The position numbers and the translations under genes were made by a program. A stretch of 64,000 bases of DNA. It comes from Candidatus Sumerlaeaceae bacterium (GTDB lineage Bacteria > Sumerlaeota > Sumerlaeia > Sumerlaeales > Sumerlaeaceae). The stretch covers positions 64,001 to 128,000 of the forward strand of contig JBMFRB010000003.1 of NCBI GenBank assembly GCA_049968255.1. Direction: 5' to 3'. A model generated the notes under the pieces. That model worked only from the letters and a program-made list of their open reading frames with translations. It did no database searches and was not told the DNA's origin. This document shows positions 29,041-39,016 of the stretch, piece after piece. Each line of letters opens with the position of its first letter. The first letter of the stretch is position 1.

Positions 29041-29127
29041 TGGAGAAGGGCAAAAGTGCAAGAGTGATGGTGAGCCAACAACTTTGAAGGACATGCGCAA
29101 ATCGTGGAGAAGCAAGGGATTCGTAAT

Positions 29128-31206
29128 ATGTTGACCAATTGGGCGAGCCGTTTGCGGACTGAAACGGCGGCCATAGCGCTAGTGGGGATTCTTATCATAG
29201 GTCTGGGCGGGTACTGGCGTTATGTGGCAACAGCGTGGGGCCTCCCTTACGCTTACTCGTGGGACGAACCTGAAATTGTCAATCCTGCCATACGCATTTT
29301 GCGCGAGGGCGTGTATCGCCCCACCCGTTTTGCGTACGGGCCGCTGAATAGCTACCTGCATGCCGGCTGGGGAGTGCTCTCGGTGCTTAAGGCCGTTGAG
29401 ACCGGCGACATTAAAACAGTGTGGGACCTGAAAACAGACTGGGATACAGGTTGGTATTGGACAATCTCTTCCCCTGTGTTCCACCGGCGTGCGCGCCTTT
29501 TCTGTTTGCTCATGTGGGGAATGACGGCGTTCGCCGTGTGGGGGGCGTGTCGCGAGCTCGGGGTGCGCTGGGGACTGCTCGCCGCCCTTGGACTCGTGGC
29601 CTTTTCGCGAATGAATTTTGAACAAACCAGCATCGTCAGCGTCGGTGCCACCGCCGCGATGTTTGCTGCGTTGGCATTTTGGGGTGGTCTGCGGGCTCTC
29701 AACGACGGTACGCACGTAAGGAAGGCTCTCTGGTGGACCTCTTTTGCGGCTGGTGCTGCCACCGCGTCAAAAATTATTTTTTTTCCGCTCTTGGTGATAC
29801 CGGTTCTAGCATATTTCGATGCGGTGAGACGGAAAGTAATGATGTTTTCCTATGAGCGACTGGCTCTGTGGTGCTTGGCTCCCGTTGCAATTTTTGCCGT
29901 GCTTATGGCACCGATGTTCTACGATCCGCCGCGTTTTATCCATTCGCTGACCACAGAACTCAAATTCTATGGAGACCAGACCCTGCAGCTGACGCTAACC
30001 CAACACCTACGTAGCGCCGTATTGTCGGCGCTGGCATCTGTGGATTCTGCTGTCTTGGCCGCCCGCGATGGCCAGCTCTTTGTGAAGCGCTATTCTCTGC
30101 CCTATTCGATCTACGTTGTGTTGGCTGCCTTTGGACTGGCGGTTCTATGGAGAAGCAAGTGGACAGCGGCGGCTCTCGTCACAATTCCCGCCTTAATCAA
30201 TCTGTGGCAGGTGTCAAGCTATTCACGCGAATTCTACGCGAGAAACTTACTTATAGCACAGCTCGCATCCGCCGTGCTTGCTGCTTTTGGTTTGAATGCG
30301 CTTGTCAAATCGCTAGGTCGCTGGAATCGCATCGCGCTATGGTTTGTTTTTGCGGCGCTCGCTATATTTCAAGGAGGTCAAGCGTTTGTTGTCGGGGCGA
30401 TGGCCAGTGAACGTACTTCGATTACGGATTCGAGAGTCCTGGCTGATGAAAAGATTGAAGACCTGACAAAAAAGGGGGCAAAAGTGGCGATCGCGTCCGA
30501 GCTTCACTGGTTCTTTTCCAGAGGGGACACCTCGCTGAAATCCAAAGTACATCAAGTGAGTGTGACGCGTTTGCTACGATATCCGGAAGAGGCTCAGGAT
30601 CTTGATTTCGCAGTAGTTCCGCTAGCTCTCACCTATGGTGACAAACTCCGCGCCTCAGACGAGGCGCTGTCCGCGTGGGCTAAGGGTCTCGCAACTCTTA
30701 CCCCACAACTAGTTCTCGGTCATAATGTGACTTATTTTGACTGTCTGACCACAGATCCCAAAGTTGGATTCATTCCTGGACGGGCGTTCAAGGCTTCGTT
30801 CCGGCGTGATTCGCGCCGGATTTACGGGTTTGAACTACTATCCACGACGGCGGGGCAATTTGCCTGGCCCACCCAATATGGGATTGCTGTTCCAAACTAT
30901 TTTCTTGGTTCCGCACGGCTAGGTCTTCGAGAATCAGCCAAGACGCTTGTGGTGAAGGCGCGCGGCTTGAATCCTTTTGAGCAGGAGGAGGCGCCCACAG
31001 TGTGGGTGCGGGTTGCAGCGACTACGGATACAGCTGCAAAATCACCCGTGGCCGACGTCCGTTTTGAACTTAAACGCAGCGGATCTGGCTTGGTCGAATA
31101 CACACGCCCCGTTGACGTGCCAGCGGGCGAGCATCTTGTTCTCGTCCGGGCCAACAATCCGAACAGCCGGTTTATGACAGAAATTGAATATGTCGAATTC
31201 CGATAA
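29128..31206 (+). CDS. GT-C (ArnT/PMT-like) membrane glycosyltransferase with C-terminal beta-sandwich domain
   Basis: WGLPY..WDEP after TM1, GAATASK, YARNLL, many TM segments; tail ..EYTRPVDVPAGEHLVLV..EIEYVEFR. Confidence 0.8.
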   Translation: MLTNWASRLRTETAAIALVGILIIGLGGYWRYVATAWGLPYAYSWDEPEIVNPAIRILREGVYRPTRFAYGPLNSYLHAGWGVLSVLKAVETGDIKTVWDLKTDWDTGWYWTISSPVFHRRARLFCLLMWGMTAFAVWGACRELGVRWGLLAALGLVAFSRMNFEQTSIVSVGATAAMFAALAFWGGLRALNDGTHVRKALWWTSFAAGAATASKIIFFPLLVIPVLAYFDAVRRKVMMFSYERLALWCLAPVAIFAVLMAPMFYDPPRFIHSLTTELKFYGDQTLQLTLTQHLRSAVLSALASVDSAVLAARDGQLFVKRYSLPYSIYVVLAAFGLAVLWRSKWTAAALVTIPALINLWQVSSYSREFYARNLLIAQLASAVLAAFGLNALVKSLGRWNRIALWFVFAALAIFQGGQAFVVGAMASERTSITDSRVLADEKIEDLTKKGAKVAIASELHWFFSRGDTSLKSKVHQVSVTRLLRYPEEAQDLDFAVVPLALTYGDKLRASDEALSAWAKGLATLTPQLVLGHNVTYFDCLTTDPKVGFIPGRAFKASFRRDSRRIYGFELLSTTAGQFAWPTQYGIAVPNYFLGSARLGLRESAKTLVVKARGLNPFEQEEAPTVWVRVAATTDTAAKSPVADVRFELKRSGSGLVEYTRPVDVPAGEHLVLVRANNPNSRFMTEIEYVEFR

Positions 31207-31313
31207 GACACGACGATCGTCCGGAAATTTCCCCGGTCCAACAGGACGGACTTCCGTTTAGTGCTCGCGATGGGAATGCTTTACGTAAACAGATCGCTCA
31301 GAAAGGGATCCCA

Positions 31314-33533
31314 ATGATGCCAATACTAAAGCTCCGTTCAACCACAGCAACCATGCAGAGCCTTTCCCTGATGAGCAGGTTGGAGCGACTCTACTCGAAC
31401 ATTGTTGAGAAACTCTTGCCAACCGTATTATTTTATTTTGCCTTTTATCTCCCATTCTTGTCGCCAACTCGTCCGTCAGCCGATGCTTTCAAGCATGCCG
31501 TTCACGTATTCGACGTATCGGGCGACTTTTGGTTTCCACATCACGTGTTGTATGCAGCCACTCTGTTACCTTTCGCTCGTCTTGCCGAGCAATTAGGCGT
31601 ATATCCATTCATTGGTTTTCGTTTCAATGTCTTGCTTTGGGCGGAGTTGTTTTTACTTGTCATGTATTGGTTTCTGAAACAACTTACGAGTTCCGTTTGT
31701 ATATCGCGTATTAGTGTTTTCTTTATAGCCTCCACTTATGTGTTTATATCTTATGCAGGCTTGACTGAAGCTTACGTTCCCTCTGCGACAGTGCTTGTTG
31801 CTTCGCTTCTCTTCCTTGTGATGGCTTTGCAACATAATGATAACGTTAATTACTTTTTCTATGGCGCAGCAATACTGGCACTGAGCTTCGCGACAACTCT
31901 GCATCAAATTGTTGCTGTCTCTGCATTTCCGTTGGCTGTCGTTTTCGTTGCGATGTCGCGCTTGTGTGGGGCAGATAAAGCGCGATCGTGTCGAATAAGC
32001 TTACGGCATGCAGTTATCCTCGCTACTGTTTTTCTCATTGTTGCTGGGCTTATTTCGTTTGCTGTGCACATTTACGGTTATGTAAAATCCCAAAATTCAA
32101 GGCCATTTACTCAGTGGTTGATGCACTACCGCGAGGTTAGTCCTGAACTGTTTGGTACCATGAGACACATTTCACTGGAAGGGTTGCATCGATATTTCTG
32201 TGGCTTAGCGACTGCATTTTCTGGTTCAGCACCGTTTCTCCAGAACCCGAAACAGGCCACCAGCGAAAGTTGGCTGGTATTGGCAAGTGTCATTGGAGTC
32301 ACGCTTGCTCTGCTTTTGCTATCACTTCGGTTTCTAAGGCGGAGTCGGCCACATGCGCTTGTGGTTGGCTCTTTCCTGTTCTGGATTATTACTGAAGAGT
32401 CGTTTATTCTCTTGTGGGAGCCAGATATGATGAAGTCACGACTCATTACATTTCTGCCGCTTGCGTTTCTCATCGGGCAATTGCTGACACTTATTGATAA
32501 AGGAGTGGATACGCGCAGATGGGGTAGTATAACAGCTAAGACACTGGTCATTGGGGTGGCGTTGTTTCAGCTGGCAGTTAACACAAAAAACCTTATTGTA
32601 CCAGGGTTGCTTCAGAATTACCTCGATCCTTTCGAGCCGTATTTATATATGGTGAGAGCGGTTTCTGACAAAGATCTCATCGTCGCGTCTGATAGACATT
32701 TTTATGCTTATCGAGTGGTATTCAATTTCCGTGCTAACCATGTTGCTGGAGGATGGGAAAATACAATAAAGCCCGGAATGCGCTTCGGGATCGATGTCAG
32801 CGCGACAGATGACAAGTTTTGGGCACAAGCTTGGCCAAAGAAAGTAGCGCAGTTTAGACGGTCGCGAGACATTATTCGGACAAGACGGGGACGAATAATT
32901 TTTGAGCAGCACGGCTGGCTGCGAGGAGTTGTTTTCGGTTACGGAGATGACTTTCCGCTATCTGGGCCGCTGGCGATGGCGAAGTTTGTTGGTTTGGCAG
33001 CCGAAGCACGTGCTCTTCGGGAGGGAGTTGACGAATGCCTCATGAACTGGGTCACTGACGAGGACAGGGAAGAGTGTTTCCGAACGCTTGCCGAACAAGC
33101 TATCGCCTGTGTGCAGGCGGCCTCCGGGAAAAAGAATTTGGGTGTTGAGCATTTGAGCACGAAACAGGAGCTTGTGTTGCATCGGCGTACCGACACAGAA
33201 AGCAAGAGCGCGACGGTGCTGGTTCCAGCGAGTGGGGTTTTCCTTGATGCTCCGGCAAAACTGATTGTGGCGGACCGAAATTTCAAAGCTGCGGATCTGC
33301 GCCGCATCGGGATGCGGTTTAGATGGACCGCCAAGGACAAGGTGTTCTGGATAAAACTCAATCCCGACCTGATGAACCGAGATGGGAGTGGACTGACGAT
33401 TGATCTGACGTTTTATCCTTGGATAGCTGGAAGAGTCATCGAGGAAGTCCTTATTGAAGCAGACTCAGGCGCAGGCGGTGAAGCAGGGATTGAAGCGAAA
33501 GTTGTCGCTAATCGTCCAAAAGCCCAACGATAG
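31314..33533 (+). CDS. Multi-pass membrane protein, probable GT-C glycosyltransferase
   Basis: SADA after TM1, PHHVLY, TEAY, LHQ, about 11 hydrophobic segments, soluble C-terminal third; AT-richer codons than the flanks. Confidence 0.65.
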   Translation: MMPILKLRSTTATMQSLSLMSRLERLYSNIVEKLLPTVLFYFAFYLPFLSPTRPSADAFKHAVHVFDVSGDFWFPHHVLYAATLLPFARLAEQLGVYPFIGFRFNVLLWAELFLLVMYWFLKQLTSSVCISRISVFFIASTYVFISYAGLTEAYVPSATVLVASLLFLVMALQHNDNVNYFFYGAAILALSFATTLHQIVAVSAFPLAVVFVAMSRLCGADKARSCRISLRHAVILATVFLIVAGLISFAVHIYGYVKSQNSRPFTQWLMHYREVSPELFGTMRHISLEGLHRYFCGLATAFSGSAPFLQNPKQATSESWLVLASVIGVTLALLLLSLRFLRRSRPHALVVGSFLFWIITEESFILLWEPDMMKSRLITFLPLAFLIGQLLTLIDKGVDTRRWGSITAKTLVIGVALFQLAVNTKNLIVPGLLQNYLDPFEPYLYMVRAVSDKDLIVASDRHFYAYRVVFNFRANHVAGGWENTIKPGMRFGIDVSATDDKFWAQAWPKKVAQFRRSRDIIRTRRGRIIFEQHGWLRGVVFGYGDDFPLSGPLAMAKFVGLAAEARALREGVDECLMNWVTDEDREECFRTLAEQAIACVQAASGKKNLGVEHLSTKQELVLHRRTDTESKSATVLVPASGVFLDAPAKLIVADRNFKAADLRRIGMRFRWTAKDKVFWIKLNPDLMNRDGSGLTIDLTFYPWIAGRVIEEVLIEADSGAGGEAGIEAKVVANRPKAQR

Positions 33534-33879
33534 GCCCACAGATGCGTTCGGTCCCAACTGCCAACTTGCAACCAATGCACCCTAGGCGAAATAACCAAAT
33601 CAGCCGAGCCTCGGCATTGGCATTTTACCCGGCAAAGGCAGCTTCGTCGAGTACACATGTCCCGTGAACGAGCCGCCGGGCGAGTGTGCAGTTCAGGTGG
33701 GGGCGAACACCCCGAACTGCCGGTTCATGACGGAGTTGCCTGAATCCTGAAAAGCAAGGGGAGCCGCCATGTGGGAGGCGCGAGGAAGGCATCACTTTGT
33801 CCGTGACAACCCATGAGGTGCGTAATGAAATAGAGCTCATGCCGAATTCACGGATCGCAGCAGGTAGGACATCGGGACG

Positions 33880-34899
33880 ATGAAAACGGCTGGTGAGAAG
33901 CACGGGGCTGACAAGACGGACGCGAGTCGTCGGCGGTTCCTTAGGCGCCTCGCGGAGACGGCGGTGCTGGCCGTGGGTGCAGGTGCGGTCTACCGACTTT
34001 TTCACGATCCACACGGTCCACAGTCGCTGAGCCGGCACACGCTGGAGGTGGAAGGGCTGCGCGGGTGGAATATTCGCGATGTGCCACCGGCGATGGCGGT
34101 GGTCCGCGGCGAAAAACGTCGCCTAGCTCTCGAAGCTGCCTTTGATGCTCTCGGAGGACTTTCGAAGTTTATCCAGCGTGGCGACCGTGTATTGCTGAAG
34201 GTGAATGCGGCTTTCGCTACACCCCCGGAGCTTGGTGCAACGACTCACCCCGAGCTTGTGGAAGCGCTTGTGGCGTTGTGTTTGAAAGCTGGCGCTGCCG
34301 AAGTGATTGTGGCGGATAATCCGATCAATAATGCCGATAGCTGTTTTCGTATCACAGGGATTGGGGCTGCAGCGGAGCGCGCCGGCGCAAGCATTCTCTT
34401 GCCGCGGACAAGGGCTTTTCGCCCATTTTCGCTCCCCGATGGCCAACTCATCAGGCGATGGCCTTTATTCGCCGAGCCGCTGGAACGCGCTACGAAAGTC
34501 GTCGGCGTGGCTCCCGTGAAGCATCACAACCGCAGCGGTGCCTCCATGACGATGAAGAACTGGTACGGTTTGCTCGGTGGGCGGCGAAACGTGTTTCACC
34601 AGGATATCAATACGATTGTCGCTGAGCTAGCGCGAATGATGCGCCCCACGCTTGTCGTTCTGGACGGCACCTACGTAATGGTGCGCAACGGTCCTACCGG
34701 CGGTTCGCTTTCTGACCTTGAAAGGCGCGACACGCTCATTGTTAGCACCGATCAGCTCGCGGCTGACGCGTATGGGGCGGTGCTGCTCGGGAAATCGCCT
34801 GACGACCTGCCCTACCTACGCATGGCGGAGCAGGCCGGCGTGGGCACGACGAGTTATCGGGCGCTGAGCTTTCACGAAATCGGGAGTCAACCATCATGA
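33880..34899 (+). CDS. DUF362-family protein with twin-arginine signal
   Basis: SRRRFL, GDRVLLKVN, TTHP, PVKHH, SMTMKNWYG, NGPTGG. Confidence 0.9.
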   Translation: MKTAGEKHGADKTDASRRRFLRRLAETAVLAVGAGAVYRLFHDPHGPQSLSRHTLEVEGLRGWNIRDVPPAMAVVRGEKRRLALEAAFDALGGLSKFIQRGDRVLLKVNAAFATPPELGATTHPELVEALVALCLKAGAAEVIVADNPINNADSCFRITGIGAAAERAGASILLPRTRAFRPFSLPDGQLIRRWPLFAEPLERATKVVGVAPVKHHNRSGASMTMKNWYGLLGGRRNVFHQDINTIVAELARMMRPTLVVLDGTYVMVRNGPTGGSLSDLERRDTLIVSTDQLAADAYGAVLLGKSPDDLPYLRMAEQAGVGTTSYRALSFHEIGSQPS

Positions 34900-36659
34900 G
34901 AATCGTCATCGTTCGTCGGATCTCCCAAGCCTTCTTTCTGCTTTTGCTCATCTGGTTTTGCATCGTCATGACGGTGGGAGAGGAGTGGTGGCAACTGCGA
35001 GGTTGGCCTGTGGGCTTGCTTCTCGATCTTGATCCGCTTGTTGCTTTGGCCACGATCCTCTCCACGAAAACCCTCTATGCGGGTCTCGCCTGGTCTCTCG
35101 TCACGATTATTGTCACGCTGTTGTTTGGGCGTATCTTTTGCGGATGGGTTTGCCCATTTGGCACTCTTCATCAATTTTTTGGATGGCTGGGACAGCTTGG
35201 GCGGCGCCACCGCGCGCGGGTGGAAGCGAACCGTTACCGGCGCGCACAGGTGGTGAAGTACTTCATTCTCCTTGTTTTTCTTGGGATGGCGGCGTGGCCT
35301 TTCGCAGGTTCAGGCGCTCTGCAGATTGGTCTCCTGGACCCCATCGCCTTTGTTCACCGCTCCGTGAACCTCACTGTGTTGCCCGCGGTGGAATGTCTCA
35401 CGGGACGCTCGCTGGCTTCCGCCCAGCGTTTTTACTCCGGGGCGTGGCTCATTGGGACGCTCTTTGTCGCTGCCTTGCTGGCGAACTTTTATATTCCGCG
35501 CTTCTACTGCCGTTTCCTCTGCCCGTTGGGAGCATTGCTTGGTCTGCTTGCGCGCTTCTCGCTGTGGCGCATCGCGATGACGGCGCCGCGGTGCACTTCC
35601 TGCTCTCTGTGCGAAACCGCATGCGAAGGCGCGTGTGACCCTGCCGAGAAAATCCGCATCAGCGAATGCCTAATGTGCTTCAATTGCCTCGACGATGTGT
35701 GCAAAAAGAAGTTCTTGGCCTACCGCATCCGCGAGTCCGATGCTGGTGAGATCAAACTGCCACCAGATTTCGGGCGCCGTGGCATCCTGGCCTCACTGGC
35801 GAGTAGCGTGTTGGCCGTTCCTCTTTTGAGGCTTGAGGGAACACTCGGCTCCAATCGCAAGCCTAACCTTGTGCGTCCGCCTGGAAGTTTGGCCGAAGAA
35901 GAGTTTCTTGAGCGCTGCATCAAGTGCGGGCAATGTATGCGGGTGTGTCCGACAAATGTGCTCATGCCTGCAGGGCTGGATGCGGGGGTGGAAGCTCTTT
36001 GGACACCGGTTCTCAATTTCCGCATTGGAACGAGCGGCTGCCAGGTCAATTGCGTAGCATGCGGACATGTATGCCCCACTGCAGCGATTCGGCCGCTTTC
36101 GATCGAAGAGAAGCGTGGATTGGGACGCTATGCCGAGCGCGGTCCCATTCGCATTGGCACGGCGTTCGTGGACCATGGACGCTGCTTGCCTTGGGCCATG
36201 GACACGCCGTGCATCGTGTGCGAAGAGAATTGTCCCACTGCGCCCAAAGCCATCTACGTCCGCGAAGAATACAGGCCGGTGCGCGCAGGCGCGATGACTG
36301 TGCGCGATGTTCAGGGCAAAGTGTTGCGCCTCGATGGGGCGCGCTTGGTGCCTCGCACTTACGCCACGGGCGACTTCTTTGTTCAGCCTGTCAGCGCAGC
36401 GGCGCCGCGGTTGCGAATCATGGGCAACAGCCAGGACGCGCTCACTCTCGATCGCCCAGTTCCGTCGGACAAGTTAGCCAGTGGTTCGCGTGTCGTCATC
36501 GTCGTGCGTCTGCAGAAACCTTACGTTGAGCCGAACCTGTGCATCGGGTGTGGCATTTGCGAACACGAATGCCCTGTGAGCGGGCTCCGGGCCATCCGCG
36601 TGACCGCAGAAAACGAATCGCGAAATCCGGCGAGCGCGTTGCGCCTGCCCCAGTCTTAA
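34896..36659 (+). CDS. Membrane polyferredoxin (NapH/MauN-like membrane part fused to NapG/MauM-like 4Fe-4S part)
   Basis: FCGWVCPFG, YCRFLCPLG, CTSCSLC, RPPG..CIKCGQCMRVCP, CIVCEENCP, CIGCGICEHECP; ATGA overlap. Confidence 0.92.
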   Translation: MRIVIVRRISQAFFLLLLIWFCIVMTVGEEWWQLRGWPVGLLLDLDPLVALATILSTKTLYAGLAWSLVTIIVTLLFGRIFCGWVCPFGTLHQFFGWLGQLGRRHRARVEANRYRRAQVVKYFILLVFLGMAAWPFAGSGALQIGLLDPIAFVHRSVNLTVLPAVECLTGRSLASAQRFYSGAWLIGTLFVAALLANFYIPRFYCRFLCPLGALLGLLARFSLWRIAMTAPRCTSCSLCETACEGACDPAEKIRISECLMCFNCLDDVCKKKFLAYRIRESDAGEIKLPPDFGRRGILASLASSVLAVPLLRLEGTLGSNRKPNLVRPPGSLAEEEFLERCIKCGQCMRVCPTNVLMPAGLDAGVEALWTPVLNFRIGTSGCQVNCVACGHVCPTAAIRPLSIEEKRGLGRYAERGPIRIGTAFVDHGRCLPWAMDTPCIVCEENCPTAPKAIYVREEYRPVRAGAMTVRDVQGKVLRLDGARLVPRTYATGDFFVQPVSAAAPRLRIMGNSQDALTLDRPVPSDKLASGSRVVIVVRLQKPYVEPNLCIGCGICEHECPVSGLRAIRVTAENESRNPASALRLPQS

Positions 36660-37217
36660 CGAAAAAGCCTTCCCGCGTCCACCCGCGGAGAAGTTGCCAA
36701 CTTCACCCATAAGGTGGAATCCTCCCGCCATGCTTTGACGGTTCGTGCAGGGAAAGCGCAGCGTGATACTTTGCCGCTAAGTGAGCAGTATGTTCGTAAG
36801 GTTCGGCCACAGAGAACCTACGATTAGCCGAACCAAGCCAAAAGTGGAGATCTACTGCTGGACACAGGCGCGCAGACGGACTCAATCAAAGGCTATTCGC
36901 TCTTAGCTTTATGGCTCACTAACCCAAAACGAAATCATCATAGGAGATTGCTCGCTTGCGCGCACCGTTACCTCATGTCTCTGCAACGACTGCGACACAG
37001 ATGACCTTGCCATCAATCCCCATGGGCTGGGGCACATTCTCGTGCACCTAAGCAATGCGGCTTACTTTCGCTTTGCCACGGGGCAAGTTCTTGATCGCGA
37101 GCGCGACGAGACGTCGAAACGCCTTTCTGAGGACGGCCGCCTCAGTCGCAAGTTTGCGGTTGCGAGAAGCTGGTGATATTTCGTAGGAATTGGAGATACT
37201 CCAGAGAGGAGAAGCCC

Positions 37218-38435
37218 ATGACGACACGATTCGATCGAAGACAATTCCTTGCATCGCTCGCCGCTGCAACGGTGGCAGGAAGCAGACTTCTTGCGGCAGC
37301 CGAACAAACTAGCGCGCCGGCGACTTCCGCAAGCACGCAAACCCTCACCGTTCCGCGGCGTCGCTACGGGCGTACCGGTGTGGATGTGTCCATCCTTTCG
37401 CTCGGCGGAATGTTCGACATCCCCAACAATCAGCTCATGCTAAAGAAGGCTCTCGATTGGGGAGTGACGTATTGGGACACGGCCGATTGTTACGGCAATG
37501 GGCAAAGCGAGCTTGGCATCGGCATGTTCTTCGAGAAAATGCCCGAGGCACGTAAGCAGGTGTTCCTCGTCACCAAGAGTGATCGGCGCGATCCCGCGGG
37601 TATCACGGAACTGCTCAACCGCTCGCTCGAACGCATGAAAACGGATTGGATCGATCTTTACTTCATCCACGGTGTCAGCTCGCCCACCGAGATTACCGAT
37701 GAAACGAAGGCTTGGGCAGAAAAAGCTAAGGCCGAGAAAAAGATTCGCTACTTCGGCTTCAGCACACACAAGAATATGGAGGAATTGCTCGAGTACGCCG
37801 CCAAACTCGGTTGGATTGATGGCATCATGGTGAAGTACGACTATCGTCTCATGCAGACGGACCGGATGCGCAAAGCGATTGACGCTTGTGTAAAGGCTGG
37901 CATTGGCATCACAGCGATGAAAACCCAAGGCGGTGGGCCCGTGCGCACGGACACGGAAGAGGAAATCAAGATTGCTGGTCACTTCCTCGCGAAAGGCTAC
38001 ACGCCGGGACAAGCCAAGCTGAAAGCCGTGTGGCAGGATGAGCGCGTGTCCGCGATCTGCTCGCAAATGCCAAACATTACCATTCTGAAGGAGAATGTTC
38101 TTGCGGCGGCAGATGATAAAAAGCTAACAGCCGAAGATTGGCGCGTGCTGCAGCATCACGCCCTCGCCACGGCGAGTTCGTACTGCCGTGGTTGCGCACA
38201 TCTTTGCGAGTCAGCTCAGGGGTGCGAGGGAGTACCCATTGCCGATGTCATGCGCTTCATGATGTACAAAACAAGTTATGGTGACGTGGCGTTGGCGAGC
38301 GAGCAGTTTCGCGCTCTGCCAGAAGAAGTGCGTCAGCGGCTAGCCCGTGGAACATTTGCAACCGCGGAAAAAGTGTGCCCACAGGGGCTTGCCATTAGCA
38401 GCATCGTGCGCGAAGCCGTGCAGACGTTCGCCTAA
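37218..38435 (+). CDS. Aldo/keto reductase with Tat signal and Cys-rich C-terminus
   Basis: DRRQFL, WDTADCYG, FLVTK, DLYFIHG, GFSTH, AMK; YCRGCAHLC...CPQG; RBS GAGGAG. Confidence 0.92.
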   Translation: MTTRFDRRQFLASLAAATVAGSRLLAAAEQTSAPATSASTQTLTVPRRRYGRTGVDVSILSLGGMFDIPNNQLMLKKALDWGVTYWDTADCYGNGQSELGIGMFFEKMPEARKQVFLVTKSDRRDPAGITELLNRSLERMKTDWIDLYFIHGVSSPTEITDETKAWAEKAKAEKKIRYFGFSTHKNMEELLEYAAKLGWIDGIMVKYDYRLMQTDRMRKAIDACVKAGIGITAMKTQGGGPVRTDTEEEIKIAGHFLAKGYTPGQAKLKAVWQDERVSAICSQMPNITILKENVLAAADDKKLTAEDWRVLQHHALATASSYCRGCAHLCESAQGCEGVPIADVMRFMMYKTSYGDVALASEQFRALPEEVRQRLARGTFATAEKVCPQGLAISSIVREAVQTFA

Positions 38436-38638
38436 CATCTTGCGAGAGTTTTTCGTCTTAGCAGGCGCGGCTTGTCAGCGTGGGGGAAGGGAATTTTGCG
38501 TGCACAGTGCAGGACTTGTGGGCTGCTAACCATCGCAACGTCGCTAGGGGACTAAATAAAAGCGGAAAAAGAGACAGGGATCGTTGCGTGTCCTCCAGCT
38601 CCTTGCAAATGAGATATGAGCCAACACAGAAAAAAGAA

Positions 38639-38712
38639 TGGGCCCACTAGGATTCGAACCTAGGACCAACCGGTTATGAGCCGGCCGCTCTGACCAGCTG
38701 AGCTATGGGCCC
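38639..38712 (-). tRNA. tRNA with CAT anticodon, most likely tRNA-Ile2 (lysidine type); CCA not encoded
   Basis: GGGCCCATAGCTCAGCTGGTCAGAGCGGCCGGCT-CAT-AACCGGTTGGTCCTAGGTTCGAATCCTAGTGGGCCCA folds as a cloverleaf. G1-C72 excludes initiator; C4-G69/C5-G68 match TilS determinants. Confidence 0.93.
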
Positions 38713-39016
38713 GCGCATCTCATTTTACCATTTCCGCGTCAAGTGATTCCCTGCGCTCTCAACGCTGCATGCATGAGCCCACCACCATAGTTATGGCCAC
38801 ATCCCAGAGAGGAACATTTCGCCTGCGAAAATGTCGAACACGAGGGGGCAGAGGTGACCGCTGTAATCCGAAGTTCGTTGAAGCGTATCTTTTTATGTGG
38901 GCGAGCGAGTGTTTCAGAAAACGCCAACGGTGAATTCAAATTGACTGTAGGACGTGAGTAATATGATGAAAAGCGTGCGATCAAAAACTCTAGACCTGAT
39001 GGAAAGTGCTCCAGCG

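Noticed and set aside
38639-38712. tRNA as an integration site, or as tRNA-Met
   Set aside because: No integrase or duplicated tRNA 3' end seen in the window; acceptor stem fits Ile2 better than Met.
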